Shown: piece by piece, positions 52,048 through 64,000 of the stretch | Position numbering within the stretch: the stretch's first letter is position 1 | Layout: each line of letters starts with the position of its first letter | NCBI RefSeq assembly: GCF_009914755.1 | Contig: NC_060931.1 | Source: the human T2T-CHM13v2.0 reference genome, Homo sapiens | DNA: 64,000 nt | Strand: one strand, 5' to 3' | The notes under the pieces: generated by a model | Seen by the model: only the letters and a program-made list of their open reading frames with translations | Told to the model about the DNA's origin: nothing | Database searches by the model: none | Made by a program: the position numbers and the translations under genes

Positions 52048-53066
52048 CATTCTCAGAAACTACTTTGTGATGTGTGCCTTCAACTCACAGAGTTTAACCT
52101 TTCTTTTCTTAGAGCAGTTTAGAAACACTCTGCTTGTTATGACTGCAAGTGGATATTTGGACCTCTTTGAGGCCTTCGTTGCAAACGGGGTTTCTTCCTT
52201 TCATGCTAGACTAAGAAGAGTTCTCAGTAACTTTTTTGTGTTGTGTGTATTCAACTCACAGAGTTGAACCTTGCTTTAGAGAGAGCAGATTTGAAACACT
52301 CTTGCTGTGGCATTTTCAGGTGGAGATTTCAAGCGATTTGAGGACAATTGCAGAAAAGGAAATATCTTCGTATAATAACCAGACAGAATCATTCTCAGAA
52401 AGTGCTTTGTGATGTGTGCGTTCAACTCACAGAGTTTAACCTTTCTTTTCATAGAGGAGTTTGGAAACACACTGTTTGTAAGGACTGCAAGTGGATATAT
52501 GGACCTGTTTGAGGCCTTCGTTGGAAACGGGATTTCTTCATTGAATGCTAGACGGAAGAATTCTCAGTAAATTCTTTGTGTTGTGTGCATTCAACTCACA
52601 GAGTGGAACGTCCCTTTAGACACAGCAGATTTGAAACACTCTTTTTGCGGAATTTGCAAGTGGAGATTTCTAGCCATTTGATGCCAACAGTAGAAAGGGA
52701 AATATCTTCAAATAAAAACCAGACAGAATCATTCTCAGCAAATTCTTTGTGATGTGTGCGTTCAACTCACATAGTTTAACCTTTCTTTTCATAGAGCAGT
52801 TTGGAAACACTCTGTTTGTAAAGTCTGCAAGTGGATATATGGACCGCATTGAGGCCTTCGTTGGAAACGGGATTTCTTCATTTCATGCTAGACAGAAGAA
52901 TTCTCAGTAACTTCTTTGTGCTGTGTGTATTCAACTCACAGAGTGGAACGTCCCTTTGCACAGAGCAGATTTGAAACACTCTTTTTGTGGAGTTTGCAAG
53001 TGATTTCAAGCGATTTGATGCCAACAGTAGAAAAGGAAATATCTTCAAATAAAAACTAGACAGAAT
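52048..53066 (+). repeat. 1019-bp HOR with the same 3-bp deletion (near 53002)
   Basis: Spacing 52067 to 53086 is 1019 bp. Confidence 0.95.
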
Positions 53067-56000
53067 CATTCTCAGAAACTACTTTGTGATGTGTGCCTTC
53101 AACTCACAGAGTTCAACCTTTCTTTTCTTAGAGCAGTTTAGAAACACTCTGCTTGTTATGTCTGCAAGTGGATATTTGGACCTCTTTGAGGCCTTCGTTG
53201 CAAACGGGGTTTCTTCCTTTCATGCTAGACTAAGAAGAGTTCTCAGTAACTTTTTTGTGTTGTGTGTATTCAACTCACAGAGTTGAACCTTGCTTTAGAG
53301 AGAGCAGATTTGAAACACTCTTGCTGTGGCATTTTCAGGTGGAGATTTCAAGCGATTTGAGGACAATTGCAGAAAAGGAAATATCTTCGTATAATAACCA
53401 GACAGAATCATTCTCAGAAAGTGCTTTGTGATGTGTGCGTTCAACTCACAGATTTTAACCTTTCTTTTCATAGAGGAGTTTGGAAACACACTGTTTGTAA
53501 AGTCTGCAAGTGGATACATGGACCTGTTTGAGGCCTTCGTTGGAAACGGGATTTCTTCATTGAATGCTAGACGGAAGAATTCTCAGTAAATTCTTTGTGT
53601 TGTGTGCATTCAACTCACAGAGTGGAACGTCCCTTTAGACAGAGCAGATTTGAAACACTCTTTTTGCGGAATTTGCAAGTGGAGATTTCTAGCCATTTGA
53701 TGCCAACAGTAGAAAGGGAAATATCTTCAAATAAAAACCAGACAGAATCATTCTCAGCAAATTCTTTGTGATGTGTGCGTTCAACTCACATAGTTTAACC
53801 TTTCTTTTCATAGAGCAGTTTGGAAACACTCTGTTTGTAAAGTCTGCAAGTGGATATATGGACCGCATTGAGGCCTTCGTTGGAAACGGGATTTCTTCAT
53901 TTCATGCTAGACAGAAGAATTCTCAGTAACTTCTTTGTGCTGTGTGTATTCAACTCACAGAGTGGAACGTCCCTTTGCACAGAGCAGATTTGAAACACTC
54001 TTTTTGTGGAGTTTGCAAGTGGAGATTTCAAGCGATTTGATGCCAACAGTAGAAAAGGAAATATCTTCAAATAAAAACTAGACAGAATCATTCTCAGAAA
54101 CTACTTTGTGATGTGTGCCTTCAACTCACAGAGTTCAACCTTTCTTTTCTTAGAGCAGTTTAGAAACACTCTGCTTGTTATGTCTGCAAGTGGATATTTG
54201 GACCTCTTTGAGGCCTTCGTTGCAAACGGGGTTTCTTCCTTTCATGCTAGACTAAGAAGAGTTCTCAGTAACTTTTTTGTGTTGTGTGTATTCAACTCAC
54301 AGAGTTGAACCTTGCTTTAGAGAGAGCAGATTTGAAACACTCTTGCTGTGGCATTTTCAGGTGGAGATTTCAAGCGATTTGAGGACAATTGCAGAAAAGG
54401 AAATATCTTCGTATAATAACCAGACAGAATCATTCTCAGAAAGTGCTTTGTGATGTGTGCGTTCAACTCACAGATTTTAACCTTTCTTTTCATAGAGGAG
54501 TTTGGAAACACACTGTTTGTAAAGTCTGCAAGTGGATACATGGACCTGTTTGAGGCCTTCGTTGGAAACGGGATTTCTTCATTGAATGCTAGACGGAAGA
54601 ATTCTCAGTAAATTCTTTGTGTTGTGTGCATTCAACTCACAGAGTGGAACGTCCCTTTAGACAGAGCAGATTTGAAACACTCTTTTTGCGGAATTTGCAA
54701 GTGGAGATTTCTAGCCATTTGATGCCAACAGTAGAAAGGGAAATATCTTCAAATAAAAACCAGACAGAATCATTCTCAGAAAATTCTTTGTGATGTGTGC
54801 GTTCAACTCACATAGTTTAACCTTTCTTTTCATAGAGCAGTTTGGAAACACTCTGTTTGTAAAGTCTGCAAGTGGATATATGGACCGCATTGAGGCCTTC
54901 GTTGGAAACGGGATTTCTTCATTTCATGCTAGACAGAAGAATTCTCAGTAACTTCTTTGTGCTGTGTGTATTCAACTCACAGAGTGGAACGTCCCTTTGC
55001 ACAGAGCAGATTTGAAACACTCTTTTTGTGGAGTTTGCAAGTGGAGATTTCAAGCGATTTGATGCCAACAGTAGAAAAGGAAATATCTTCAAATAAAAAC
55101 TAGACAGAATCATTCTCAGAAACTACTTTGTGATGTGTGCCTTCAACTCACAGAGTTTAACCTTTCTTTTCTTAGAGCAGTTTAGAAACACTCTGCTTGT
55201 TATGTCTGCAAGTGGATACTTGGACCTCTTTGAGGCCTTCGTTGCAAACGGGGTTTCTTCCTTTCATGCTAGACTAAGAAGAGTTCTCAGTAACTTTTTT
55301 GTGTTGTGTGTATTCAACTCACAGAGTTGAACCTTGCTTTAGAGAGAGCAGATTTGAAACACTCTTGCTGTGGCATTTTCAGGTGGAGATTTCAAGCGAT
55401 TTGAGGACAATTGCAGAAAAGGAAATATCTTCATATAATAACCAGACAGAATCATTCTCAGAAAGTGCTTTGTGATGTGTGCGTTCAACTCACAGAGTTT
55501 AACCTTTCTTTTCATAGAGGAGTTTGGAAACACACTGTTTGTAAAGTCTACAAGTGGATATATGGACCTGTTTGAGGCCTTCGTTGGAAACGGGATTTCT
55601 TCATTGAATGCTAGACGGAAGAATTCTCAGTAAATTCTTTGTGTTGTGTGCATTCAACTCACAGAGTGGAACGTCCCTTTAGACAGAGCAGATTTGAAAC
55701 ACTCTTTTTGCGGAATTTGCAAGTGGAGATTTCTAGCCATTTGATGCCAACAGTAGAAAGGGAAATATCTTCAAATAAAAACCAGACAGAATCATTCTCA
55801 GCAAATTCTTTGTGATGTGTGCGTTCAACTCACATAGTTTAACCTTTCTTTTCATAGAGCAGTTTGGAAACACTCTGTTTGTAAAGTCTGCAAGTGGATA
55901 TATGGACCGCATTGAGGCCTTCGTTGGAAACGGGATTTCTTCATTTCATGCTAGACAGAAGAATTCTCAGTAACTTCTTTGTGCTGTGTGTATTCAACTC

Positions 56001-56132
56001 ACAGAGTGGAACGTCCCTTTGCACAGAGCAGATTTGAAACACTCTTTTTGTGGAGTTTGCAAGTGGAGATTTCAAGCGATTTGATGCCAACAGTAGAAAA
56101 GGAAATATCTTCAAATAAAAACTAGACAGAAT

Positions 56133-59100
56133 CATTCTCAGAAACTACTTTGTGATGTGTGCCTTCAACTCACAGAGTTTAACCTTTCTTTTCTTAGAGC
56201 AGTTTAGAAACACTCTGCTTGTTATGTCTGCAAGTGGATATTTGGACCTCTTTGAGGCCTTCGTTGCAAACGGGGTTTCTTCCTTTCATGCTAGACTAAG
56301 AAGAGTTCTCAGTAACTTTTTTGTGTTGTGTGTATTCAACTCACAGAGTTGAACCTTGCTTTAGAGAGAGCAGATTTGAAACACTCTTGCTGTGGCATTT
56401 TCAGGTGGAGATTTCAAGCGATTTGAGGACAATTGCAGAAAAGGAAATATCTTCGTATAATAACCAGACAGAATCATTCTCAGAAAGTGCTTTGTGATGT
56501 GTGCGTTCAACTCACAGAGTTTAACCTTTCTTTTCATAGAGGAGTTTGGAAACACACTGTTTGTAAAGTCTGCAAGTGGATACATGGACCTGTTTGAGGC
56601 CTTCGTTGGAAACGGGATTTCTTCATTGAATGCTAGACGGAAGAATTCTCAGTAAATTCTTTGTGTTGTGTGCATTCAACTCACAGAGTGGAACGTCCCT
56701 TTAGACAGAGCAGATTTGAAACACTCTTTTTGCGGAATTTGCAAGAGGAGATTTCTAGCCATTTGATGCCAACAGTAGAAAGGGAAATATCTTCAAATAA
56801 AAACCAGACAGAATCATTCTCAGAAAATTCTTTGTGATGTGTGCGTTCAACTCACATAGTTTAACCTTTCTTTTCATAGAGCAGTTTGGAAACACTCTGT
56901 TTGTAAAGTCTGCAAGTGGATATATGGACCGCATTGAGGCCTTCGTTGGAAACGGGATTTCTTCATTTCATGCTAGACAGAAGAATTCTCAGTAACTTCT
57001 TTGTGCTGTGTGTATTCAACTCACAGAGTGGAACGTCCCTTTGCACAGAGCAGATTTGAAACACTCTTTTTGTGGAGTTTGCAAGTGGAGATTTCAAGCG
57101 ATTTGATGCCAACAGTAGAAAAGGAAATATCTTCAAATAAAAACTAGACAGAATCATTCTCAGAAACTACTTTGTGATGTGTGCCTTCAACTCACAGAGT
57201 TTAACCTTTCTTTTCTTAGAGCAGTTTAGAAACACTCTGCTTGTTATGTCTGCAAGTGGATATTTGGACCTCTTTGAGGCCTTCGTTGCAAACGGGGTTT
57301 CTTCCTTTCATGCTAGACTAAGAAGAGTTCTCAGTAACTTTTTTGTGTTGTGTGTATTCAACTCACAGAGTTGAACCTTGCTATAGAGAGAGCAGATTTG
57401 AAACACTCTTGCTGTGGCATTTTCAGGTGGAGATTTCAAGCGATTTGAGCACAATTGCAGAAAAGGAAATATCTTCGTATAATAACCAGACAGAATCATT
57501 CTCAGAAAGTGCTTTGTGATGTGTGCGTTCAACTCACAGAGTTTAACCTTTCTTTTCATAGAGGAGTTTGGAAACACACTGTTTGTAAAGTCTGCAAGTG
57601 GATACATGGACCTGTTTGAGGCCTTCGTTGGAAACGGGATTTCTTCATTGAATGCTAGACGGAAGAATTCTCAGTAAATTCTTTGTGTTGTGTGCATTCA
57701 ACTCACAGAGTGGAACGTCCCTTTAGACAGAGCAGATTTGAAACACTCTTTTTGCGGAATTTGCAAGTGGAGATTTCTAGCCATTTGATGCCAACAGTAG
57801 AAAGGGAAATATCTTCAAATAAAAACCAGACAGAATCATTCTCAGAAAATTCTTTGTGATGTGTGCGTTCAACTCACATAGTTTAACCTTTCTTTTCATA
57901 GAGCAGTTTGGAAACACTCTGTTTGTAAAGTCTGCAAGTGGATATATGGACCGCATTGAGGCCTTCGTTGGAAACGGGATTTCTTCATTTCATGCTAGAC
58001 AGAAGAATTCTCAGTAACTTCTTTGTGCTGTGTGTATTCAACTCACAGAGTGGAACGTCCCTTTACACAGAGCAGATTTGAAACACTCTTTTTGTGGAGT
58101 TTGCAAGTGGAGATTTCAAGCGATTTGATGCCAACAGTAGAAAAGGAAATATCTTCAAATAAAAACTAGACAGAATCATTCTCAGAAACTACTTTGTGAT
58201 GTGTGCCTTCAACTCACAGAGTTTAACCTTTCTTTTCTTAGAGCAGTTTAGAAACACTCTGCTTGTTATGACTACAAGTGGATATTTGGACCTCTTTGAG
58301 GCCTTCGTTGCAAACGGGGTTTCTTCCTTTCATGCTAGACTAAGAAGAGTTCTCAGTAACTTTTTTGTGTTGTGTGTATTCAACTCACAGAGTTGAACCT
58401 TGCTTTAGAGAGAGCAGATTTGAAACACTCTTGCTGTGGCATTTTCAGGTGGAGATTTCAAGCGATTTGAGGACAATTGCAGAAAAGGAAATATCTTCGT
58501 ATAATAACCAGACAGAATCATTCTCAGAAAGTGCTTTGTGATGTGTGCGTTCAACTCACAGAGTTTAACCTTTCTTTTCATAGAGGAGTTTGGAAACACA
58601 CTGTTTGTAAGGACTGCAAGTGGATATATGGACCTGTTTGAGGCCTTCGTTGGAAACGGGATTTCTTCATTGAATGCTAGACGGAAGAATTCTCAGTAAA
58701 TTCTTTGTGTTGTGTGCATTCAACTCACAGAGTGGAACGTCCCTTTAGACACAGCAGATTTGAAACACTCTTTTTGCGGAATTTGCAAGTGGAGATTTCT
58801 AGCCATTTGATGCCAACAGTAGAAAGGGAAATATCTTCAAATAAAAACCAGACAGAATCATTCTCAGCAAATTCTTTGTGATGTGTGCGTTCAACTCACA
58901 TAGTTTAACCTTTCTTTTCATAGAGCAGTTTGGAAACACTCTGTTTGTAAAGTCTGCAAGTGGATATATGGACCGCATTGAGGCCTTCGTTGGAAACGGG
59001 ATTTCTTCATTTCATGCTAGACAGAAGAATTCTCAGTAACTTCTTTGTGCTGTGTGTATTCAACTCACAGAGTGGAACGTCCCTTTGCACAGAGCAGATT

Positions 59101-62100
59101 TGAAACACTCTTTTTGTGGAGTTTGCAAGTGGAGATTTCAAGCGATTTGATGCCAACAGTAGAAAAGGAAATATCTTCAAATAAAAACTAGACAGAATCA
59201 TTCTCAGAAACTACTTTGTGATGTGTGCCTTCAACTCACAGAGTTTAACCTTTCTTTTCTTAGAGCAGTTTAGAAACACTCTGCTTGTTATGTCTGCAAG
59301 TGGATATTTGGACCTCTTTGAGGCCTTCGTTGCAAACGGGGTTTCTTCCTTTCATGCTAGACTAAGAAGAGTTCTCAGTAACTTTTTTGTGTTGTGTGTA
59401 TTCAACTCACAGAGTTGAACCTTGCTTTAGAGAGAGCAGATTTGAAACACTCTTGCTGTGGCATTTTCAGGTGGAGATTTCAAGCGATTTGAGGACAATT
59501 GCAGAAAAGGAAATATCTTCGTATAATAACCAGACAGAATCATTCTCAGAAAGTGCTTTGTGATGTGTGCGTTCAACTCACAGAGTTTAACCTTTCTTTT
59601 CATAGAGGAGTTTGGAAACACACTGTTTGTAAAGTCTGCAAGTGGATACATGGACCTGTTTGAGGCCTTCGTTGGAAACGGGATTTCTTCATTGAATGCT
59701 AGACGGAAGAATTCTCAGTAAATTCTTTGTGTTGTGTGCATTCAACTCACAGAGTGGAACGTCCCTTTAGACAGAGCAGATTTGAAACACTCTTTTTGCG
59801 GAATTTGCAAGAGGAGATTTCTAGCCATTTGATGCCAACAGTAGAAAGGGAAATATCTTCAAATAAAAACCAGACAGAATCATTCTCAGAAAATTCTTTG
59901 TGATGTGTGCGTTCAACTCACATAGTTTAACCTTTCTTTTCATAGAGCAGTTTGGAAACACTCTGTTTGTAAAGTCTGCAAGTGGATATATGGACCGCAT
60001 TGAGGCCTTCGTTGGAAACGGGATTTCTTCATTTCATGCTAGACAGAAGAATTCTCAGTAACTTCTTTGTGCTGTGTGTATTCAACTCACAGAGTGGAAC
60101 GTCCCTTTGCACAGAGCAGATTTGAAACACTCTTTTTGTGGAGTTTGCAAGTGGAGATTTCAAGCGATTTGATGCCAACAGTAGAAAAGGAAATATCTTC
60201 AAATAAAAACTAGACAGAATCATTCTCAGAAACTACTTTGTGATGTGTGCCTTCAACTCACAGAGTTTAACCTTTCTTTTCTTAGAGCAGTTTAGAAACA
60301 CTCTGCTTGTTATGTCTGCAAGTGGATATTTGGACCTCTTTGAGGCCTTCGTTGCAAACGGGGTTTCTTCCTTTCATGCTAGACTAAGAAGAGTTCTCAG
60401 TAACTTTTTTGTGTTGTGTGTATTCAACTCACAGAGTTGAACCTTGCTATAGAGAGAGCAGATTTGAAACACTCTTGCTGTGGCATTTTCAGGTGGAGAT
60501 TTCAAGCGATTTGAGCACAATTGCAGAAAAGGAAATATCTTCGTATAATAACCAGACAGAATCATTCTCAGAAAGTGCTTTGTGATGTGTGCGTTCAACT
60601 CACAGAGTTTAACCTTTCTTTTCATAGAGGAGTTTGGAAACACACTGTTTGTAAAGTCTGCAAGTGGATACATGGACCTGTTTGAGGCCTTCGTTGGAAA
60701 CGGGATTTCTTCATTGAATGCTAGACGGAAGAATTCTCAGTAAATTCTTTGTGTTGTGTGCATTCAACTCACAGAGTGGAACGTCCCTTTAGACAGAGCA
60801 GATTTGAAACACTCTTTTTGCGGAATTTGCAAGTGGAGATTTCTAGCCATTTGATGCCAACAGTAGAAAGGGAAATATCTTCAAATAAAAACCAGACAGA
60901 ATCATTCTCAGAAAATTCTTTGTGATGTGTGCGTTCAACTCACATAGTTTAACCTTTCTTTTCATAGAGCAGTTTGGAAACACTCTGTTTGTAAAGTCTG
61001 CAAGTGGATATATGGACCGCATTGAGGCCTTCGTTGGAAACGGGATTTCTTCATTTCATGCTAGACAGAAGAATTCTCAGTAACTTCTTTGTGCTGTGTG
61101 TATTCAACTCACAGAGTGGAACGTCCCTTTACACAGAGCAGATTTGAAACACTCTTTTTGTGGAGTTTGCAAGTGGAGATTTCAAGCGATTTGATGCCAA
61201 CAGTAGAAAAGGAAATATCTTCAAATAAAAACTAGACAGAATCATTCTCAGAAACTACTTTGTGATGTGTGCCTTCAACTCACAGAGTTTAACCTTTCTT
61301 TTCTTAGAGCAGTTTAGAAACACTCTGCTTGTTATGACTACAAGTGGATATTTGGACCTCTTTGAGGCCTTCGTTGCAAACGGGGTTTCTTCCTTTCATG
61401 CTAGACTAAGAAGAGTTCTCAGTAACTTTTTTGTGTTGTGTGTATTCAACTCACAGAGTTGAACCTTGCTTTAGAGAGAGCAGATTTGAAACACTCTTGC
61501 TGTGGCATTTTCAGGTGGAGATTTCAAGCGATTTGAGGACAATTGCAGAAAAGGAAATATCTTCGTATAATAACCAGACAGAATCATTCTCAGAAAGTGC
61601 TTTGTGATGTGTGCGTTCAACTCACAGAGTTTAACCTTTCTTTTCATAGAGGAGTTTGGAAACACACTGTTTGTAAGGACTGCAAGTGGATATATGGACC
61701 TGTTTGAGGCCTTCGTTGGAAACGGGATTTCTTCATTGAATGCTAGACGGAAGAATTCTCAGTAAATTCTTTGTGTTGTGTGCATTCAACTCACAGAGTG
61801 GAACGTCCCTTTAGACACAGCAGATTTGAAACACTCTTTTTGCGGAATTTGCAAGTGGAGATTTCTAGCCATTTGATGCCAACAGTAGAAAGGGAAATAT
61901 CTTCAAATAAAAACCAGACAGAATCATTCTCAGCAAATTCTTTGTGATGTGTGCGTTCAACTCACATAGTTTAACCTTTCTTTTCATAGAGCAGTTTGGA
62001 AACACTCTGTTTGTAAAGTCTGCAAGTGGATATATGGACCGCATTGAGGCCTTCGTTGGAAACGGGATTTCTTCATTTCATGCTAGACAGAAGAATTCTC

Positions 62101-62261
62101 AGTAACTTCTTTGTGCTGTGTGTATTCAACTCACAGAGTGGAACGTCCCTTTGCACAGAGCAGATTTGAAACACTCTTTTTGTGGAGTTTGCAAGTGATT
62201 TCAAGCGATTTGATGCCAACAGTAGAAAAGGAAATATCTTCAAATAAAAACTAGACAGAAT
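56133..62261 (+). repeat. Tandem duplication of a 3-HOR block, period 3066 bp
   Basis: Private SNV gactacaag occurs at 58274 and 61340. caagagga, gctatag, gagcac and tttacac also recur at +3066. Confidence 0.88.
61243..62261 (+). repeat. 1019-bp HOR with the same 3-bp deletion (near 62197)
   Basis: Spacing 61262 to 62281 is 1019 bp. Confidence 0.95.
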
Positions 62262-64000
62262 CATTCTCAGAAACTACTTTGTGATGTGTGCCTTCAACTC
62301 ACAGAGTTCAACCTTTCTTTTCTTAGAGCAGTTTAGAAACACTCTGCTTGTTATGTCTGCAAGTGGATATTTGGACCTCTTTGAGGCCTTCGTTGCAAAC
62401 GGGGTTTCTTCCTTTCATGCTAGACTAAGAAGAGTTCTCAGTAACTTTTTTGTGTTGTGTGTATTCAACTCACAGAGTTGAACCTTGCTTTAGAGAGAGC
62501 AGATTTGAAACACTCTTGCTGTGGCATTTTCAGGTGGAGATTTCAAGCGATTTGAGGACAATTGCAGAAAAGGAAATATCTTCGTATAATAACCAGACAG
62601 AATCATTCTCAGAAAGTGCTTTGTGATGTGTGCGTTCAACTCACAGATTTTAACCTTTCTTTTCATAGAGGAGTTTGGAAACACACTGTTTGTAAAGTCT
62701 GCAAGTGGATACATGGACCTGTTTGAGGCCTTCGTTGGAAACGGGATTTCTTCATTGAATGCTAGACGGAAGAATTCTCAGTAAATTCTTTGTGTTGTGT
62801 GCATTCAACTCACAGAGTGGAACGTCCCTTTAGACAGAGCAGATTTGAAACACTCTTTTTGCGGAATTTGCAAGTGGAGATTTCTAGCCATTTGATGCCA
62901 ACAGTAGAAAGGGAAATATCTTCAAATAAAAACCAGACAGAATCATTCTCAGCAAATTCTTTGTGATGTGTGCGTTCAACTCACATAGTTTAACCTTTCT
63001 TTTCATAGAGCAGTTTGGAAACACTCTGTTTGTAAAGTCTGCAAGTGGATATATGGACCGCATTGAGGCCTTCGTTGGAAACGGGATTTCTTCATTTCAT
63101 GCTAGACAGAAGAATTCTCAGTAACTTCTTTGTGCTGTGTGTATTCAACTCACAGAGTGGAACGTCCCTTTGCACAGAGCAGATTTGAAACACTCTTTTT
63201 GTGGAGTTTGCAAGTGGAGATTTCAAGCGATTTGATGCCAACAGTAGAAAAGGAAATATCTTCAAATAAAAACTAGACAGAATCATTCTCAGAAACTACT
63301 TTGTGATGTGTGCCTTCAACTCACAGAGTTCAACCTTTCTTTTCTTAGAGCAGTTTAGAAACACTCTGCTTGTTATGTCTGCAAGTGGATATTTGGACCT
63401 CTTTGAGGCCTTCGTTGCAAACGGGGTTTCTTCCTTTCATGCTAGACTAAGAAGAGTTCTCAGTAACTTTTTTGTGTTGTGTGTATTCAACTCACAGAGT
63501 TGAACCTTGCTTTAGAGAGAGCAGATTTGAAACACTCTTGCTGTGGCATTTTCAGGTGGAGATTTCAAGCGATTTGAGGACAATTGCAGAAAAGGAAATA
63601 TCTTCGTATAATAACCAGACAGAATCATTCTCAGAAAGTGCTTTGTGATGTGTGCGTTCAACTCACAGATTTTAACCTTTCTTTTCATAGAGGAGTTTGG
63701 AAACACACTGTTTGTAAAGTCTGCAAGTGGATACATGGACCTGTTTGAGGCCTTCGTTGGAAACGGGATTTCTTCATTGAATGCTAGACGGAAGAATTCT
63801 CAGTAAATTCTTTGTGTTGTGTGCATTCAACTCACAGAGTGGAACGTCCCTTTAGACAGAGCAGATTTGAAACACTCTTTTTGCGGAATTTGCAAGTGGA
63901 GATTTCTAGCCATTTGATGCCAACAGTAGAAAGGGAAATATCTTCAAATAAAAACCAGACAGAATCATTCTCAGCAAATTCTTTGTGATGTGTGCGTTCA

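Larger units (their letters stand above)
1..64000 (+). repeat. Alpha satellite higher-order repeat array, SF1 (dimeric J1/J2), 1022-bp 6-mer HOR; active-type centromeric array
   Basis: Roughly 171-bp monomers with hallmark alphoid motifs (cattctcagaaa..tttgtgatgtgtg..ttcaactcacagag; gatttgaaacactc; gcaagtgga). The same ORF recurs every 1022 bp (2676, 3698, 4720...). CENP-B boxes occur in every second monomer. HOR copies differ by only a few SNVs. The array runs past both window edges. Confidence 0.99.
1..64000 (+). repeat. D7Z1: Probable human chromosome 7 centromeric array D7Z1 (S1C7H1L)
   Basis: SF1 6-mer of about 1.02 kb. EcoRI sites lie in two of three dimers (gaattc at 441 and 781; gagttc in the third), giving 340+682 bp fragments like the classical chr7 dimer and tetramer clones. 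The assignment is from recalled family properties, not a database alignment. Confidence 0.85.

Noticed and set aside
159-63736. About 180 short ORFs (63-77 aa) on both strands
   Set aside because: They recur with HOR periodicity, are simple translations of alpha satellite and show no gene context. Not coding.
1-64000. CRISPR-like or other repeat-spacer system
   Set aside because: There are no unique spacers. All intervening sequence is itself tandemly repeated, and no cas-like ORFs exist.
1-64000. Transposon insertion, inversion or non-satellite island
   Set aside because: Every inter-HOR spacing is 1022, 1019, 682 or 1362 bp and the orientation is constant, leaving no room for inserted sequence.
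1-64000. Assignment to the chr1/5/19 SF1 6-mer (D1Z7/D5Z2/D19Z3) or chr10 D10Z1
   Set aside because: Less likely. The recalled chr1/5/19 dimer motifs (e.g. gatattcagacc, gaacgatcc) are absent, and D10Z1 is mainly an 8-mer. Not verified by alignment.

Overview
The whole 64 kb window is one uninterrupted, single-orientation array of primate (human-type) centromeric alpha satellite. It is a live higher-order repeat (HOR) array of suprachromosomal family 1 (dimeric J1/J2), with a 6-monomer, 1022-bp unit (171+171+169+171+169+171 bp). I label its three dimers X (342 bp), Y (340 bp) and Z (340 bp); each carries one intact CENP-B box. The unit size, SF1 monomer type and 340+682 bp EcoRI pattern fit human chromosome 7 D7Z1 (S1C7H1L), but that assignment is from recall, not an alignment. 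There are 60 complete HORs plus two partial ones: 52 of 1022 bp, one 4-mer (682 bp), four 8-mers (1362 bp) and three 1019-bp copies with a 3-bp deletion. I see no genes, RNA genes, transposons, inversions or CRISPR arrays, and all listed ORFs are repeat artefacts. I found no evidence of a new biological system. The real hidden structure is evolutionary: about 35-40 SNVs read by eye act as barcodes. They reveal nested multi-HOR duplications (3066, 4088, 4428, 6129, 8516 and 11579 bp spacings) and recurrent identical substitutions at homologous positions of different dimers, suggestive of out-of-register gene conversion.
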